Source of the DNA: Dendrobates tinctorius
Lineage: Eukaryota
Assembly: GCF_039654945.1 (NCBI RefSeq)
Contig: NW_027361788.1
Span: forward strand, 44,640,001-44,704,000
Reading direction: 5' to 3'
DNA length: 64,000 nt
Positions 1 through 36,331 of the stretch are shown here, piece after piece (the first letter of the stretch is position 1; each line of letters opens with the position of its first letter). The notes below the pieces were generated by a model. That model was given only the letters and a program-made list of their open reading frames with translations, was not told where the DNA came from and did no database searches. A program made the translations under genes and the position numbers.

Positions 1-943
1 TCCCTGCGTGGATTACACCAGCTCTTAGCCAGTTTAACCAGCAGATTTAAACCCAAATCCCCACAGCTCAGTAACCCTTTCCCCACCAGCCTCCCGCCTG
101 AAGGACGTGACCACTTATGCAATGTCCTTCCAGCTGCAGCAAGAGGTGGAGATCACATTATATAACTGGAAAAACACCTGGCTCTTACATAACTACTACT
201 CCCTGCGTCACCAAGGACACAGCATTCACACTGACCTATGGTAACCTGCTGGGACTTGTGGTTCTACCACAACTGGGCCCAAATGACTTGCTTGGGTTAA
301 GTTCTGTCCCAGAACTACAAGTTCTAGCAATGTTTTGTAAGTTATGATATAGCTAGATGCAGACACCCTGCGGATGGTGGAGGGGAGTAGTCACGATAGG
401 CATCTGATGAAGCAGTGATCCAGCAGTCAAAGCTTAGTCACCCGTCAGCGCTTCATCGCCCTCCATCATCTCCACGCTCCCGAGTATCTACCGTCTACCA
501 TATGGGACACTGCACTTAGTGGAATTGTCCACTGATTTCGCGCCCAGGCCATAGATGTGCCCCTGCTGAGCACAAGCCGAGGGGCAGCTCTGATCCCCCT
601 ATTATCTGCGGCTGATATATCATGTGCCAAGCCCCCGCAGCGCATGGCTCTCCATCCATCATATTGGGTTGCAGCGTCTTCGCAGGTAATGAGGTGACAT
701 CCGGTCAAGATTTTATTAGAAGCCGAGCAGGATGCCAATTACCGCATCAGACTGCAAATGAATAAAGTCGTTTTATGGCTTCAAAAACGGGCAAAGAGAA
801 AAAGTGCTAAACAGGAACACGCAAACACCAGGAAAACCGGATGATCCCACCAACAGGAGCCATATTGGTGGTCTCTAAAGACAAAACAGCAGCAGACTAA
901 GTGACACATACTTTATTGAATCGGCAGAGTGACAGGGGTGCGA

Positions 944-18266
<17,323 letters not shown>

Positions 18267-18564
18267 ATTTGTTCAGCCCCGAAAGGAGACTCCGAAAACA
18301 CCGGAAGAGGCGGGCTCTTGTCATAATCTACCAATCAGCATTACGGTGGCGCTAACCGTTGGCAAATGTTAACCAATAAAAATCCTTATAGGGAGTCGCT
18401 AAAAAGGGGCGGGACTTACTTCTCGCTAGACCAATCCACGACCAATGTGAAGGCTTAGCCAATCAAATTCGTGACTTTAGGCGCCATCTTTACTTTGGGC
18501 AGCAGTTTATATAAAAGGCGAGTGACAGCTAGGTAACTATGGAAACAGTGCGAGTCGGGTGAAG
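18267..18564. promoter_or_regulatory. Bidirectional promoter shared by NDUFB11 and the LZTFL1-like gene
   Basis: 298 bp separate the divergent ATGs. ETS ccggaag 18302; CCAAT at 18331, 18373, 18431, 18442, 18459; GC box 18406-15; YY1 cgccatctt 18482; TATATAAAAG 18508-17; RFX X-box GTAACTATGGAAAC 18533-46. Confidence 0.85.
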
Positions 18565-19458
18565 ATGGCGGATCTGGGTGAGCACCACCGCGGAGAGGTT
18601 CTCAGTTACATGCGGTTCGCGCAGTGTAAGCGGCTGCTGCGGCTGAAGAGTGTGGCGTCCTGCTTCCAGGATGTGCGGGAGAGCCGGCTGGTGGAGGACA
18701 CGTACACGGCGGAGGAGGTGGCCGAGCTGCTGAGCGGCCTGGAGGCGGTGGTGCTGAGCGAGCTCGAGCTGGAGCTCATCAACTCTGCGCACACCAATGT
18801 GCTGCTGCTGCAGCAGCTCTTCTCCCAGGCCCAACACTGGCACCTGCGGCTGCACACCGACATCTCCGAGCTGGAGAACCGCCAGCTGCTGGAGCAGGTG
18901 GCCGAGCTGGAGAAGAGCCAGGAGCTGGGGCCCTCAGCCAAGGGCCCCCAGAGCAGCAAGCCCAGACTGGCCCCTCTGAGCGACGGCGGCTCCGCAGACC
19001 TCCTCCACAATCAGATCGGCCGACTGCAGGAAGAGAACGACAAGCTCCGCGCCAGACTGCGCACCCTAGAGAGCCAGGCCACTGCCGCCCTGGACCACAA
19101 GCGCAGCGCCGAGAAGGCCCTCCAAGACCTGCAGGACCAGGCCCAGCACAACTCCCTGGACCCCCGCCACCTGGAGGACCCCCGCCACCTGGAGGACACC
19201 GTGGCCAGCCTCAGGCTGGAATTCCAGAAGACCCTGGGTGACCACACAGCCAACCAGAGGGGCCTGGAGGAGAGCCTGACCACGACCAAGCACGAGCTTC
19301 TGCGGGTCAATGAGCAGCTGCTGATGGCAGAGAAGGAGCTGGACAAGAAGTTCCAGGAGACCGGGGCCTACCGCAACATGAAGGACATCCTGAGCCGCAA
19401 GAACGAGCAGATCAAGGAGCTGCGCCGGAGATTGTGCAAGTACGAGCCCGAAGACTGA
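18565..19458 (+). CDS. LZTFL1: Leucine zipper transcription factor-like 1 (BBS17) homologue, intronless, 297 aa
   Basis: MADLGEHHRGEVLSYMRFAQCKRLLRLKSVASCFQDVRESRLVEDTYT...ELDKKFQETGAYRNMKDILSRKNEQIKELRRRLCKYEPED aligns end to end with recalled LZTFL1. ATG is in aagATGg context and codon third positions are strongly GC. Confidence 0.93.
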   Translation: MADLGEHHRGEVLSYMRFAQCKRLLRLKSVASCFQDVRESRLVEDTYTAEEVAELLSGLEAVVLSELELELINSAHTNVLLLQQLFSQAQHWHLRLHTDISELENRQLLEQVAELEKSQELGPSAKGPQSSKPRLAPLSDGGSADLLHNQIGRLQEENDKLRARLRTLESQATAALDHKRSAEKALQDLQDQAQHNSLDPRHLEDPRHLEDTVASLRLEFQKTLGDHTANQRGLEESLTTTKHELLRVNEQLLMAEKELDKKFQETGAYRNMKDILSRKNEQIKELRRRLCKYEPED

Positions 19459-19987
19459 GCCGGGCCGTGACCAGACATTGTGACCAATGGTACCGATCCT
19501 TCTTGTGCGGGTCAGCACGTCAATGACAATAGTCTAGAAATGATCCCCGCTTAGAGACTTCTGCTAATCGCCATTCCCAAGCTCACCGACATCTCCAGCC
19601 TCTCCTGGTGGCTGTCACGGCATGATGGGAATTTTAGTTAAGCCACACGACTATGACCAGAGAATTCTTTTGTAAAATTGTTGAATACTGAGACAGCCCA
19701 AAACACTGCGACCAGCCCTGTTGGTGCCTTCAAAGCCACAGGTTAGAGGACAACTTGCTGATTCCTGGTGGTCCGACCACTGGGACTTTCACTGATCCCG
19801 AAAGTAGGGATTCGTTGTCTATGGGCTGCCAGAGATGGGGGGAACACAGCACGGCCATACCTGGCACCATAGACAGTGAATGGAGTGGAGGTGGGCATAT
19901 TCGACCACCATGTCCGGGATTATTGGGAGTCTCAGTGGTCAGACACTCATCAACAATCGTATGGATATGGACTAACGTTTCGTCTTA

Positions 19988-20424
19988 GGCCTCTTTCACG
20001 CTTCAGTTTTTTACAATCAGTCACAATCCGCCAGGTTTTGAAAAAAACGGATCCTCAATTTTCTTTTGAGGATCCTTTTTTTTTTTTTCCCCATTGACTT
20101 CCATTAATGGCGGATTGTGACAGATTGCTGTCCGTTGCATCCGTTTTTTTTGAGGATCCGCCAAAAGTTGCTGTCCGTCACCATCCTCAAAGATTTCAAA
20201 ACGGAGCTTGCAAGGTTTTTTTCTCTGGCGGATCCTCCACACACACATTTAACCCGAAATTCTTTCTGGGTGCCGGACAAAAAAAAATCTCTGTGTCTCT
20301 CTCTCACGGATCCGCTTGTCTCTCTCTCTCTCGCCATCCGTTCACATCAGTTGAGAACGGATCCGCTAGTCTGCCTTTTTGGCGGATTTGAACTGATGCA
20401 AAAAACTGAAGTGTGAAAGAGGCC
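19988..20424. mobile_element. PIF/Harbinger-type MITE
   Basis: TIRs ggcctctttcacgcttcagtttt / aaaactgaagtgtgaaagaggcc; TTA TSD. Confidence 0.85.
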
Positions 20425-21029
20425 TTAGGGAAAATCCCTTTAAGGGTGCCAACTTTTAATAGCTGTCTTCAGCTCACTGGTTCCCCTACAGCTATTCTGC
20501 ATGCCCCATGCTTGGCCAGGTGTGGGGAGGAAGCTGCTGCATACACATAAGGTGGCCTATTATCTTCAGGTGGGGGTGGGAGTTATTGGGCTTTAAAATT
20601 CACTATGTATGAGGGGTGCACGTTATGACATCCCCCGTGGTCAGCAGGTTCTGAAGCTTGGTAGAGGACAAGATCACATGTTGATGGATTCTGCAGGTTT
20701 TGCCTCCTGCAATGTACAGAGGGTAAAATCCTTACTGACCTCATCCACTTGTGGACCCACCTTGCTGTTCAGAGCAAAGATGTCTGATGAGCTCCTAAGG
20801 GTATGTGCACATGGCATCTTAAAGACACCGGTGTGCCCACTTGTAGTTCAAGCAGATGATGCTTCAGGAGATAAAGGGCAGTGTTTTTTCTGGCATCTTC
20901 TGCAGTTGCTTTTTTTTTTTTTTTTATTATTATTATTTAACAGGGTCGATTTCTAAGTAGAAGCTGCCAGAATGAGAGCGGTCGCTTCTTTTAAATCTCC
21001 ACACTGCTTTTGAAACCTGAGGCTGTTAA

Positions 21030-21503
21030 AGGGAATCTGTCACCTCATTTTTGGCCTATAAGCTGCGACCACCGCCTACAGCATTCTGTAATGCTGTAGA
21101 TAAGCCCCTGATGTAACCTGAAAGATAAGAAAAACGAGTTACATTATACTCACCCAGGGGCGGTCCGATCTGATGGGTGTCGTGGTCCGGTCCGGCGCCT
21201 CCCACCTTCTAGCGAAGACGTCCTCCTTCTTACTTCTGCCGCGGCTCCTGCGCACGCGTACTTTATCTGCTCTGTTGAGGGTAAAGTACTGCAGTGCGCA
21301 GGCGCCGGGAAAGGTCAGAGTAAGAAGGAGGACATCATTGCTAGAAGATGGGAGGCGCCGGACCTGCGATACCCAATCTAACTCGTTTTTCTTATCTTTC
21401 AGGTTACATCGAGGGCTTATCTACAGCATTACAGAATGTTGTAGATAACCCCTGATGGCGGTGGTCACAGCTCATAGGCCAAAAATGAAGTGACCGATTC
21501 CAT
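21030..21503. mobile_element. T2/Kolobok-type MITE, inside a Harbinger-type MITE at about 20799-21623
   Basis: TTAA-agggaatctgtcac ... gtgaccgattccat-TTAA; palindromic body. Confidence 0.8.
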
Positions 21504-22377
21504 TTAAAAGAAGTGACAAAAGATGAAACGTGCACGGCAAGTCTTTTGTGCACATGTTCGTTATTTTTAGAGCTCTTTTACGGTGGATTCCGTCTGGAAA
21601 AAAAAAACCGTGTGCACATATCCTAATTCTGTGCTGTCTGCCTGTTAGAAGTCTTAATTCACTCTGTCTCTTGTATATTGCATTTATGGGACCAGTCTAT
21701 AGTAACGGACCCTCACCCATCACTGTCCATTCCTCATGGGCCGGTAAAATGCCAGAGCTGGGATCTGTGGCTGCTGAAGTTGAGTATACCCCAATCACAC
21801 CTCTTTGATCACTGGCAGCAGTCCATCCATCCCTTGCCATGTTTGGTTCCATATATTGTTTGTGTTCTTACCTGTTGTCACTTTAAAGGATTTTTTTTTT
21901 TTTTAAGCCCCTGTGTAGCCCTGACCTTCCCTTCAGTGGTGGTCCTACCTGATCTAATCTTCAGGCGATCTTCATCTGGTGATACATGGATCTGTATAAC
22001 TATTAAGAGATTTTTCTGTTTTACTCACTTCATTAAAGTGTTTTTGTTTCTGATTTCTACATATATGGTTTGTGTTTTACCTACAAGTGATTCCTCCACA
22101 CCCCCCCTCCCAAAAAAAACAAACTAATATTTCCATGACTGGACCCTGGTAAAAGCCTATTTTAATTAAACCTCCAAGCCTAAAGATACTTGCTGCAGAA
22201 GCAGGCCGACACATCCTTGGCCCCGGCACTTCGTACAATATAGCTATAACACTATTGCCAGCGCCCCTGCAGGGTTTCCCTTCCACCTACATGCAGGGAT
22301 GCTGGCATACTCACTGCTCTGACCCCACTGTCTGCTCCGTCTGCAGGAATGTCTCCTGCTTGTGCATACTGCACTTC

Positions 22378-24380
22378 AGATAAGATACCAGAAAGCACAA
22401 AAGAAAAAACCCCTAAAATATGACTTTTAATTCAGTCATTAAATAGACACAGAATGTGAAATCACTAGATACCAGGGAGTCCGAAATCCATAAAGCAGCA
22501 CAGTAATATGATTCATTTTCAGAATATGAGTATATCAAAAGGGCACAAGGCTATCATGCCCTAATAAACCCTAGTTCGGCCCTTCCTGACTGCGGAGGTT
22601 GGCACCCTAATTGTAGACAACATGGCCCCCCTGCTCATCGTCGGCGTCCCTAATAACGCCCTAGACCACCCTATGTATACAAAAAAGGACATAAAGAAAA
22701 ACACACACCTATAATACCGAAAAACAATACTTTCACAAAGTGCTGTAAACTTAACTCGTAGAATAAAAACCCCAACAATGAAATCTTATCTCGGAGTCAA
22801 GCAAGGGTATAAAAATGCAGCTTATTGACGCTTATCTCGGAGTCAAAAAATAATGACAGCTGCTAGTATGCAGACCAGTGGGTAAATACTCCCTTAGAAA
22901 ATTCAAAGAGTGTCCTACAAAGAAATATACTATAGTCAGCACTTAAAGACAGTGTCCAGCAATTCAGGACAGCCTGTGAAAACACACTGCACATCAAGTG
23001 ACAGGCAGAGTGGTGAAGAAATACATTCCACATGTGAGGTCTGTTGAAAAAAGACAGGTATACAGTAATCCTAAATCACATAAGGCAAAGGTGTCCTATC
23101 CCTGTGTAGCAAGAGGCTGTATCCACCTCACCAGGCGATAGCTGGCACAAATTGCTCACAGAGCTTTCATATAGTATGCAAACCTCCCTGTAGCACAATC
23201 AGGTCTCAATAGAATACCATTTCCTAAGGCTACCAGGGTTGCCTAAATCCCAATTAGTCATGTGATATAGTGGGCTGCCAAGTGCAGTGTGTAAAAGAAA
23301 AAATACTTATCAGCCATTGATGCCCGCAGAACCCGACACGTTTCCCCATCTAAGTTGGTGAGGGTTCGTCAGGGGTCAAAAAAACGGGTCTCATTACCCC
23401 CTGGCCGAGAGAGAAATGCAGTGTGCGGCACACAGGGATAGGACACCTTTGCCTTATGTGATTTAGGATTACTGTATACCTCTGTCTTTTTTTCAAACAG
23501 ACCTCACATGTGGAATGTATTTCTTCACCACTCTGCCTGTCACTTGATGTGCAGTGTGTTTTCACAGGCTGTCCTGAATTGCTGGACACTTTAAGTGCTG
23601 ACTATGGTATATTTCTTTGTAAGACACTCTTTGAATTTTCTAAGGGGGTATTTACCCACTTGTCTGCTTACTAGCAGCTGTTAGTTTTTTTGACTACGAG
23701 ATAGGTGTTATGAAGCTGCATTCTGTATACCCTTACTTGACTCCCGAGATAAGATTTCATTATTGGGGTATTTATATTATGAGATAGTTATTATATATCC
23801 ATTTCATTCCTTTGTAAGACGTTTTCTGAAAAAGGTATTTACCCACTGGTCTGCATACTAGCAGCTGTCAGTATTTTTTGACTCCGAGATAAGCGTCATG
23901 AAGCTGCATTTTTATACCCTTGCTTGACTCAGAGAGATTTCATTCTTGGGGGGTTTTATTCTACGAGATAAGTTTACAGCACTTTGTGAAAGTATTGTTT
24001 TTCGGTATTATAGGTGTGTGTTTTTCTTTATATCCTTTTTTGTATACATAGGGTGGTCTAGGGCGTTATTAGGGACGCCGACATTGAGCGGGGGGGCCAT
24101 GTTGTCTACAACTAGGGTGCCAACCTCCGCAGTCAAGAAAGCCCGAACTAGGGTTTATTAGGGCATGATAGCCTATTGCCCTTTTGATATACTCATATTC
24201 TGAAAATGAATCATATTACTGTGCTGCTTTATGGATTTCAGACCCTCTGGTATCTAGTGATTTCACATTCTGTGTCTTTTTAATGATTGAATTAAAAGTC
24301 ATATATTAGGGGTTTTTTCTTTTGTGCTTTCTGGTATATTATCTGATTTCTGAACCCCAGATTATTCTCTTGTTGAGGTC
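22378..24380. mobile_element. Non-autonomous Penelope-like element with inverted pseudo-LTRs
   Basis: Inverted arms 22376-23107 and 23430-24346; 34-nt unpaired tail 24347-24380; 15-bp TSD tgcatactgcacttc (22363-77, 24381-95); minimal hammerhead in the spacer. Confidence 0.75.
23331..23377 (-). ncRNA. Minimal (Penelope-type) hammerhead ribozyme motif
   Basis: Minus strand reads gaccc-CUGACGA-a-CCC ucaccaacuuagau GGG-GAAA-CguG-UC^-gggu. Confidence 0.7.
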
Positions 24381-24814
24381 TGCATACTGCACTTCCTCAT
24401 GGCGTGCCTAGTATGCGCGTGCGACTGCTCCCCCATTCTTAAAGGGGCAGCGTGTGCACAAACTGAGGCATTTAGTATCAGAGTACACCTGCAAGATGTT
24501 TCCTAGCCCCTTAAGGAGTCACTAAAGCAACAATTTTAGTATGCAGTTTCTCCTACTAGTGAGTTGAGGTCCCCTGGTCCCGGTGTGGCCAGTGACCTAT
24601 ACTTTGTCCTAGTGCCTGAACATTATACCCTGGTCCGTGAGCAGCCTGTCCCTGAGTCAGTATCCTAGACCTGTGTGTCTGAAAGCAGCCCTAGTCCGAG
24701 TCAGTGACGGCCACAGAGTACTGGGATCTGCCTAGGAGTGGTACTTGGAGGCTACCTGCAGCCCAGTCTGTCCCTACCATCAGGAGCTCCAGTGAACACC
24801 AGGTATTATGTATT

Positions 24815-25040
24815 GCTTATATAGCATCATATTCTGCAGTGCTTTACAGACATTATCCCCATGCACACCGTCTCCATTGGGGCTCACAATCTAGATTCCC
24901 TATCAGTATATCTTTGGAAACCAGAGAAAATCCACGCAAACGAGGAAAACATACAAACTCCTTGCAGATGTTTCCCTTGGTGGGATTTGAACCAAGGACT
25001 GCAGTGCTGCAGAGCAACAGTACTAACTACTGAGCCACCT
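24815..25040 (-). mobile_element. tRNA-derived SINE (V-SINE-like)
   Basis: Minus strand has A-box-like ggtggctcagtagttag and B-box ggttcaaatcc. The 3' part (tagattgtgagcccc) is shared with 40474-40592. Confidence 0.7.
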
Positions 25041-25083
25041 TGTTTCCCATGTAGCCACTTACACTTAGGAATGGTGTAGCTAC

Positions 25084-28000
25084 AGTAACGGGGTCTACCA
25101 AGCTGGGGTACCTCTTTCAGTACCACCCCATGTTTTCGGAGGTCCGCTCTGCGTTGGCTGGAGTCTGAATGAATGACGCTGGCTGGAATTCCTTTGTTAC
25201 ATGGGCGCATATAAAAGATCACTGTGTCACTCTGTCGCCTGCAGGTTCTCACGTACAACCTGGGTCAGCTCCTGTAGGCGGTCCCGGAATTCCAGCACAT
25301 AGGGTACAATAGGTACCCCTTCTATGAGGCCCTCCCCTTCCCAGTGTTCCAGCACTAAGTTTAGGGGTCCCCTTACCCGTCTCCTGTATACCAGCTTGAA
25401 CGGGGAGAACCTCGTGGATTCTTGGGGCACCTCCCGATAGGCAAACAGGAGGTGTGGCAAGAATTTCTCCCAGTCCCTGTAGGTCCTGGTAAAAGTCCCA
25501 ATGAGCTGTTTTAATGTCCCGTTAAAGCATTCACACAACCCATTGGTTTGCGGGTGGTACGGGGCGCTTCTAATGGACTTTACACCGCACAGCTTCCACA
25601 GTTGGTCACCTCTGCTGTAAACTGGGTACCCTGGTCCGAGAATCTCCCGGGGAAATCCAACCCGGGTGAAAACCTGGAGCAGGGCGGCCGCCACGTCTCT
25701 GCCAGTATGTTAGGTAACGCAACCACCTCTGGATACAGTGTGGCATAATGTACCACTGTCAATATATACTTTTTCCCGGACGGACAGGGTTTGGCTAACA
25801 GCCCTATCAGATCGACCGCTACTTGGCTAAATGGTTCCTCGACAATGGGGAGGGGGCGTAATTTGACCTTGCATTGATCCCCCCTCTTGCCAATGCGCTG
25901 ACAACTGTCACAGGTCTGGCAGTACTGACGAACATCATAGGTTACCCCCGGCCAAAAGAAGTTTTGTGTCAGACGATGCCTGGTGCGATTGACGCCGAAG
26001 TGCCCGGCCAAGGGTATATCATGAGAGATTCGCAGTAACTCCTGCCTATACTTCTTGGGAACTACCAGCTGTTGTTTTATAGTGGGGCTCGTCCCTGTGT
26101 GGTGCTGCTCTGTGATCCGGTAGAGGAGTCCCTGCTTCCATACAAACTGTTCCCCTTCCAGTACTCCTCTCCCCTCCTGTGCCTTCCCACGATATCCCTC
26201 TAATGAAGGATCCTCAAGTAACTCCCTCTTAAATTCATCTGGGGTGGCCCAAGAAATGTGTCTGGCTATGGGAATACGTGTAGGGCTGTAGTGTCTTACC
26301 TGGACCTCCTCTGAGTGTGATTCCGCCTCCGCAGCTCGAGCTTGTCTCTGGGTGGTCACAGGATAGGTCTCAGCCAGAGGGGCCACCGAGAATGCAGACA
26401 ACATGGGCCCCAAGTCATTTCCCAGCAAGACGTCTGCAGGCAAATCCTCCATCAAGCTGACCTCAACAAGGCCTTCCCCGACTCCCCAGTTCAGGTGAAT
26501 CCTGGCAGTGGGTAGTTGATGTATAGCTCCCCCTGCTACACGGACTGCCACTGTCCGGTCCGTCTTCTCTTGGTCCTGGACGAGATGAGGCTTCACAAGG
26601 GTCAAAGTTGCCCCGGAATCTCTTAGTCCCTGCATACGTTTCCCATTAACCCACACGACCTGTCGATGCTGTTGTTGATTATCTGCCCGGGCTGCCTGCA
26701 CGGGGTCTACTTCATGTAGCACTTCCTCCATCTCTTCCACCCCTTGGTTAGTCGTAGCCCCCAATGCCGGGTCAGCTTCGCCTTGGTAGCAGTGTACAGC
26801 AGCCCGGCGGAAGGTAGCTGTTCCCGCCTTTGGCTACTGGGTATGCTGAGTCCGGTTGGGACATTGTCTTTGCAGGTGGCCCAGCTGACAGGTGTGGCAT
26901 CGCGCCCCAGGGGGACTGTGGTAGGCCGGGTTTCTAGCTGGTCCCCCTACAATCTTCGGTGGTTTGGGGCCCTCCAGGTCCATGGGCGGGCCCCTAGTGA
27001 CCACCTTTTATCCGGACAACTGCGGCCTCCTGGCATCATGATGTTCATCGGCCAGATGAGCGACTTCCTCAAGAGTCGTTGGCCGCCTGTCCCGAAGCCA
27101 TTCCTGTGTCTCGGGGTTTAGTCCATTAAAGAATCGTTCTAATAGGAAGAGCTGGAGGACGTCCTCCTTAGTGGATGCTTGGCTTCCTTGTACCCACTGT
27201 AGCAGTGACGGCCGTAATTTACAGGCCCATTCAGCGTGGGTATCGGTTACGCGTTTTATAAGTCCGCTGAACTTTTGGCGGTAGGCCTCTGGTGTCAGCG
27301 CATACCAGGCCAAGATCACTTCTTTGATCCACTCATAGTCCATACAGTCCTCATCAGGTACCGTGCGATAGGCGTCCGCTGCCCGGCCTGTCAGCTTGCT
27401 GGCCAGAATCTGAACCCGTTCCTCCGGCTTCACTTGATGAAGGGCACACTGCCGTTCAAAGTCCTGCAGAAAGCCATCAATGTCTTCCTCTGCCTCCCCC
27501 AACTGTCGGAAGGCAATATACTGGATCTTTTTGTGGCTTACTGTTAAAGGTACCTGGTGGAAGGCCAGAGCTCCCCCTGCTCGCTGACTCTCCTCTCTGC
27601 CATCTCCATCTTGGCTAGCTTTATCCTGGTCCGCTTGGCCATCTTTTCCTTCAGATCAGTACGCGCATCAGCCATCACCTCTCGTATGATCTCTACCGCA
27701 GGGTTTGGGCCATAGAACGCCAATCTGTTCTTTACCTCCCTCTGCAATTCGGTCTCCTCCACATTCATATTGGGGGGCGCTGTACTGTCGTGTTCCATGA
27801 TGGCTGCTATCAAATCCGCTTTTGTTTTGTTGCTGGCGATCAACCCTCGGGCTTCCACCAGATCTTTTAATGTAGTCCTCTTTAACTTCTGGTAGTTATT
27901 TTCCATTCATTCCTTTCCTCCTGTAGAAGGGGTATCATATCCCACCGCTGCCACCAGTGTAACGGGGTCTACCAAGCTGGGGTACCTCTTTCAGTACCAC

Positions 28001-28416
28001 CCCGTGTTTTCGGAGGTCCGCTCTGCGTTGGCTGGAGTCTGAATGAATGACGCTGGCTGGAATTCCTTGGTTACATGGGCGCATATAAAAGATCACTGCT
28101 TCTCCACATATTTCCAGTCTGACAACACTTTACTCACAGGACACAGAATATATCACACAGATACAGAGGGCAGACCAATAGAAAAGCGGCAGGCCAGACA
28201 TGAATTACAAAAGCCGCAGGTGGCCGGAGCCTGCCGATGTTTACTGTGGGAATTACAAAGGTGGGGGGAGGGCGGACAAAAGGAGAATATCGTGTCCCCT
28301 CTGCCCAGGGGCGCAGCCTGTAGGCTGATGCATTAGGGACATGCATCTCACATAGAACCTATTATACATACATATAACTGCACAACATATTCTGGGTGCT
28401 GAGTGGTTCTGTAACA
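25084..28416 (-). mobile_element. Gmr1-type Gypsy LTR retrotransposon, internally deleted (gag-SCAN, PR, IN; RT/RH missing)
   Basis: 5' LTR 27958-28416; partial 3' LTR 25084-25223. The 18-nt PBS at 27939-27956 matches the tRNA-Leu 3' end (atcccaccgctgccacca). gag fragments 27906-27008 include a SCAN-like segment; protease LRDSGA; integrase HHCC, VAVDL and SAPYHPQTNGLCE. Frameshifted. Confidence 0.9.
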
Positions 28417-28836
28417 CTAAGCATGCCAGGTCCTGTGGCACAGTGGGTCTAGAAATCTACTTGCAAGCTTCTTCTGTGGTGCCCCAGCAGTCAGTACATA
28501 GTGTATGTAAGATAAGAGGGGTGGAGGTGCTGTCTACCAACCCAGAGCTTTGGATACATTGAGCATCTCCTGAGATGTGGAAGTAGTAAAATTTTCCATA
28601 ATATTTTGCATAAACAGTCTGAAGGGACCTAGAGCGTCGGTCTCCCATGGGTGGCTCAATACAACAGTGAGACACTAAAATTGACGCTAGTAAAAATCAT
28701 CCATCTTGTCAGTAGCATTGGTCATTCTCTGGGGCTTTCATTTTTAGCACACTTTATTTCACACACAACACATCACACTGAGCAAGGGAAACTGTACAAA
28801 GCTGAAAGACATGGATTCTCCTGCAGAAATGCATCC

Positions 28837-35893
<7,057 letters not shown>

Positions 35894-36172
35894 CGCGAGT
35901 CACCAACCTGCAGGTATGGACACTGGTGAGCGGTGCCAGCCCCAAAATGTGCCCAGACCCCCACACTGCTTCCTAAGGCACCAAGGAGTGGTGACCCCCC
36001 TCTTGTGCCACTACTGCTCCACACTCTGCAGTGTGCTGGTACTTGTGGTACACCAGATTGGTAGGGAAAGCTGATCCTTCTAGTTCTACTTCATGAACCG
36101 TCCCAGGATAAAGCTGAGACCAAATGTACAAACCCAGCTCTGCGCGCGCCGCCGTTCTCCTCTTCGTGTTAC

Positions 36173-36331
36173 CCGTTTGTGGAGGTCGCAGGCTGATGGC
36201 GTCACTGACACGCAAGGTTTTGCGTTCCACATCTCGCTTCCGATCTGTTGCCAATAGGAAGCGCTTTATACTCCCACGTGATCTAATGCTCTTAAAGCGG
36301 CCGACGTCACTTCCACTGCTGGCCCCAAAGA
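36173..36331. promoter_or_regulatory. Bidirectional promoter shared by PQBP1 and TIMM17B
   Basis: CpG-rich; CCAAT about 36251, E-box cacgtg about 36275, CRE/ETS gacgtcacttcc about 36303. The same head-to-head pair is known in mammals. Confidence 0.8.

Noticed and set aside
1-900. Possible 3' end of a plus-strand gene (AATAAA 761-766; short ORFs)
   Set aside because: No recognisable protein similarity or exon structure.
18559-18564. ORF-track start at 18559
   Set aside because: It is a GTG. The ATG at 18565 has good Kozak context and matches the LZTFL1 N-terminus.
18529-19518. Antisense ORFs over LZTFL1
   Set aside because: Shadow ORFs caused by high GC at third codon positions.
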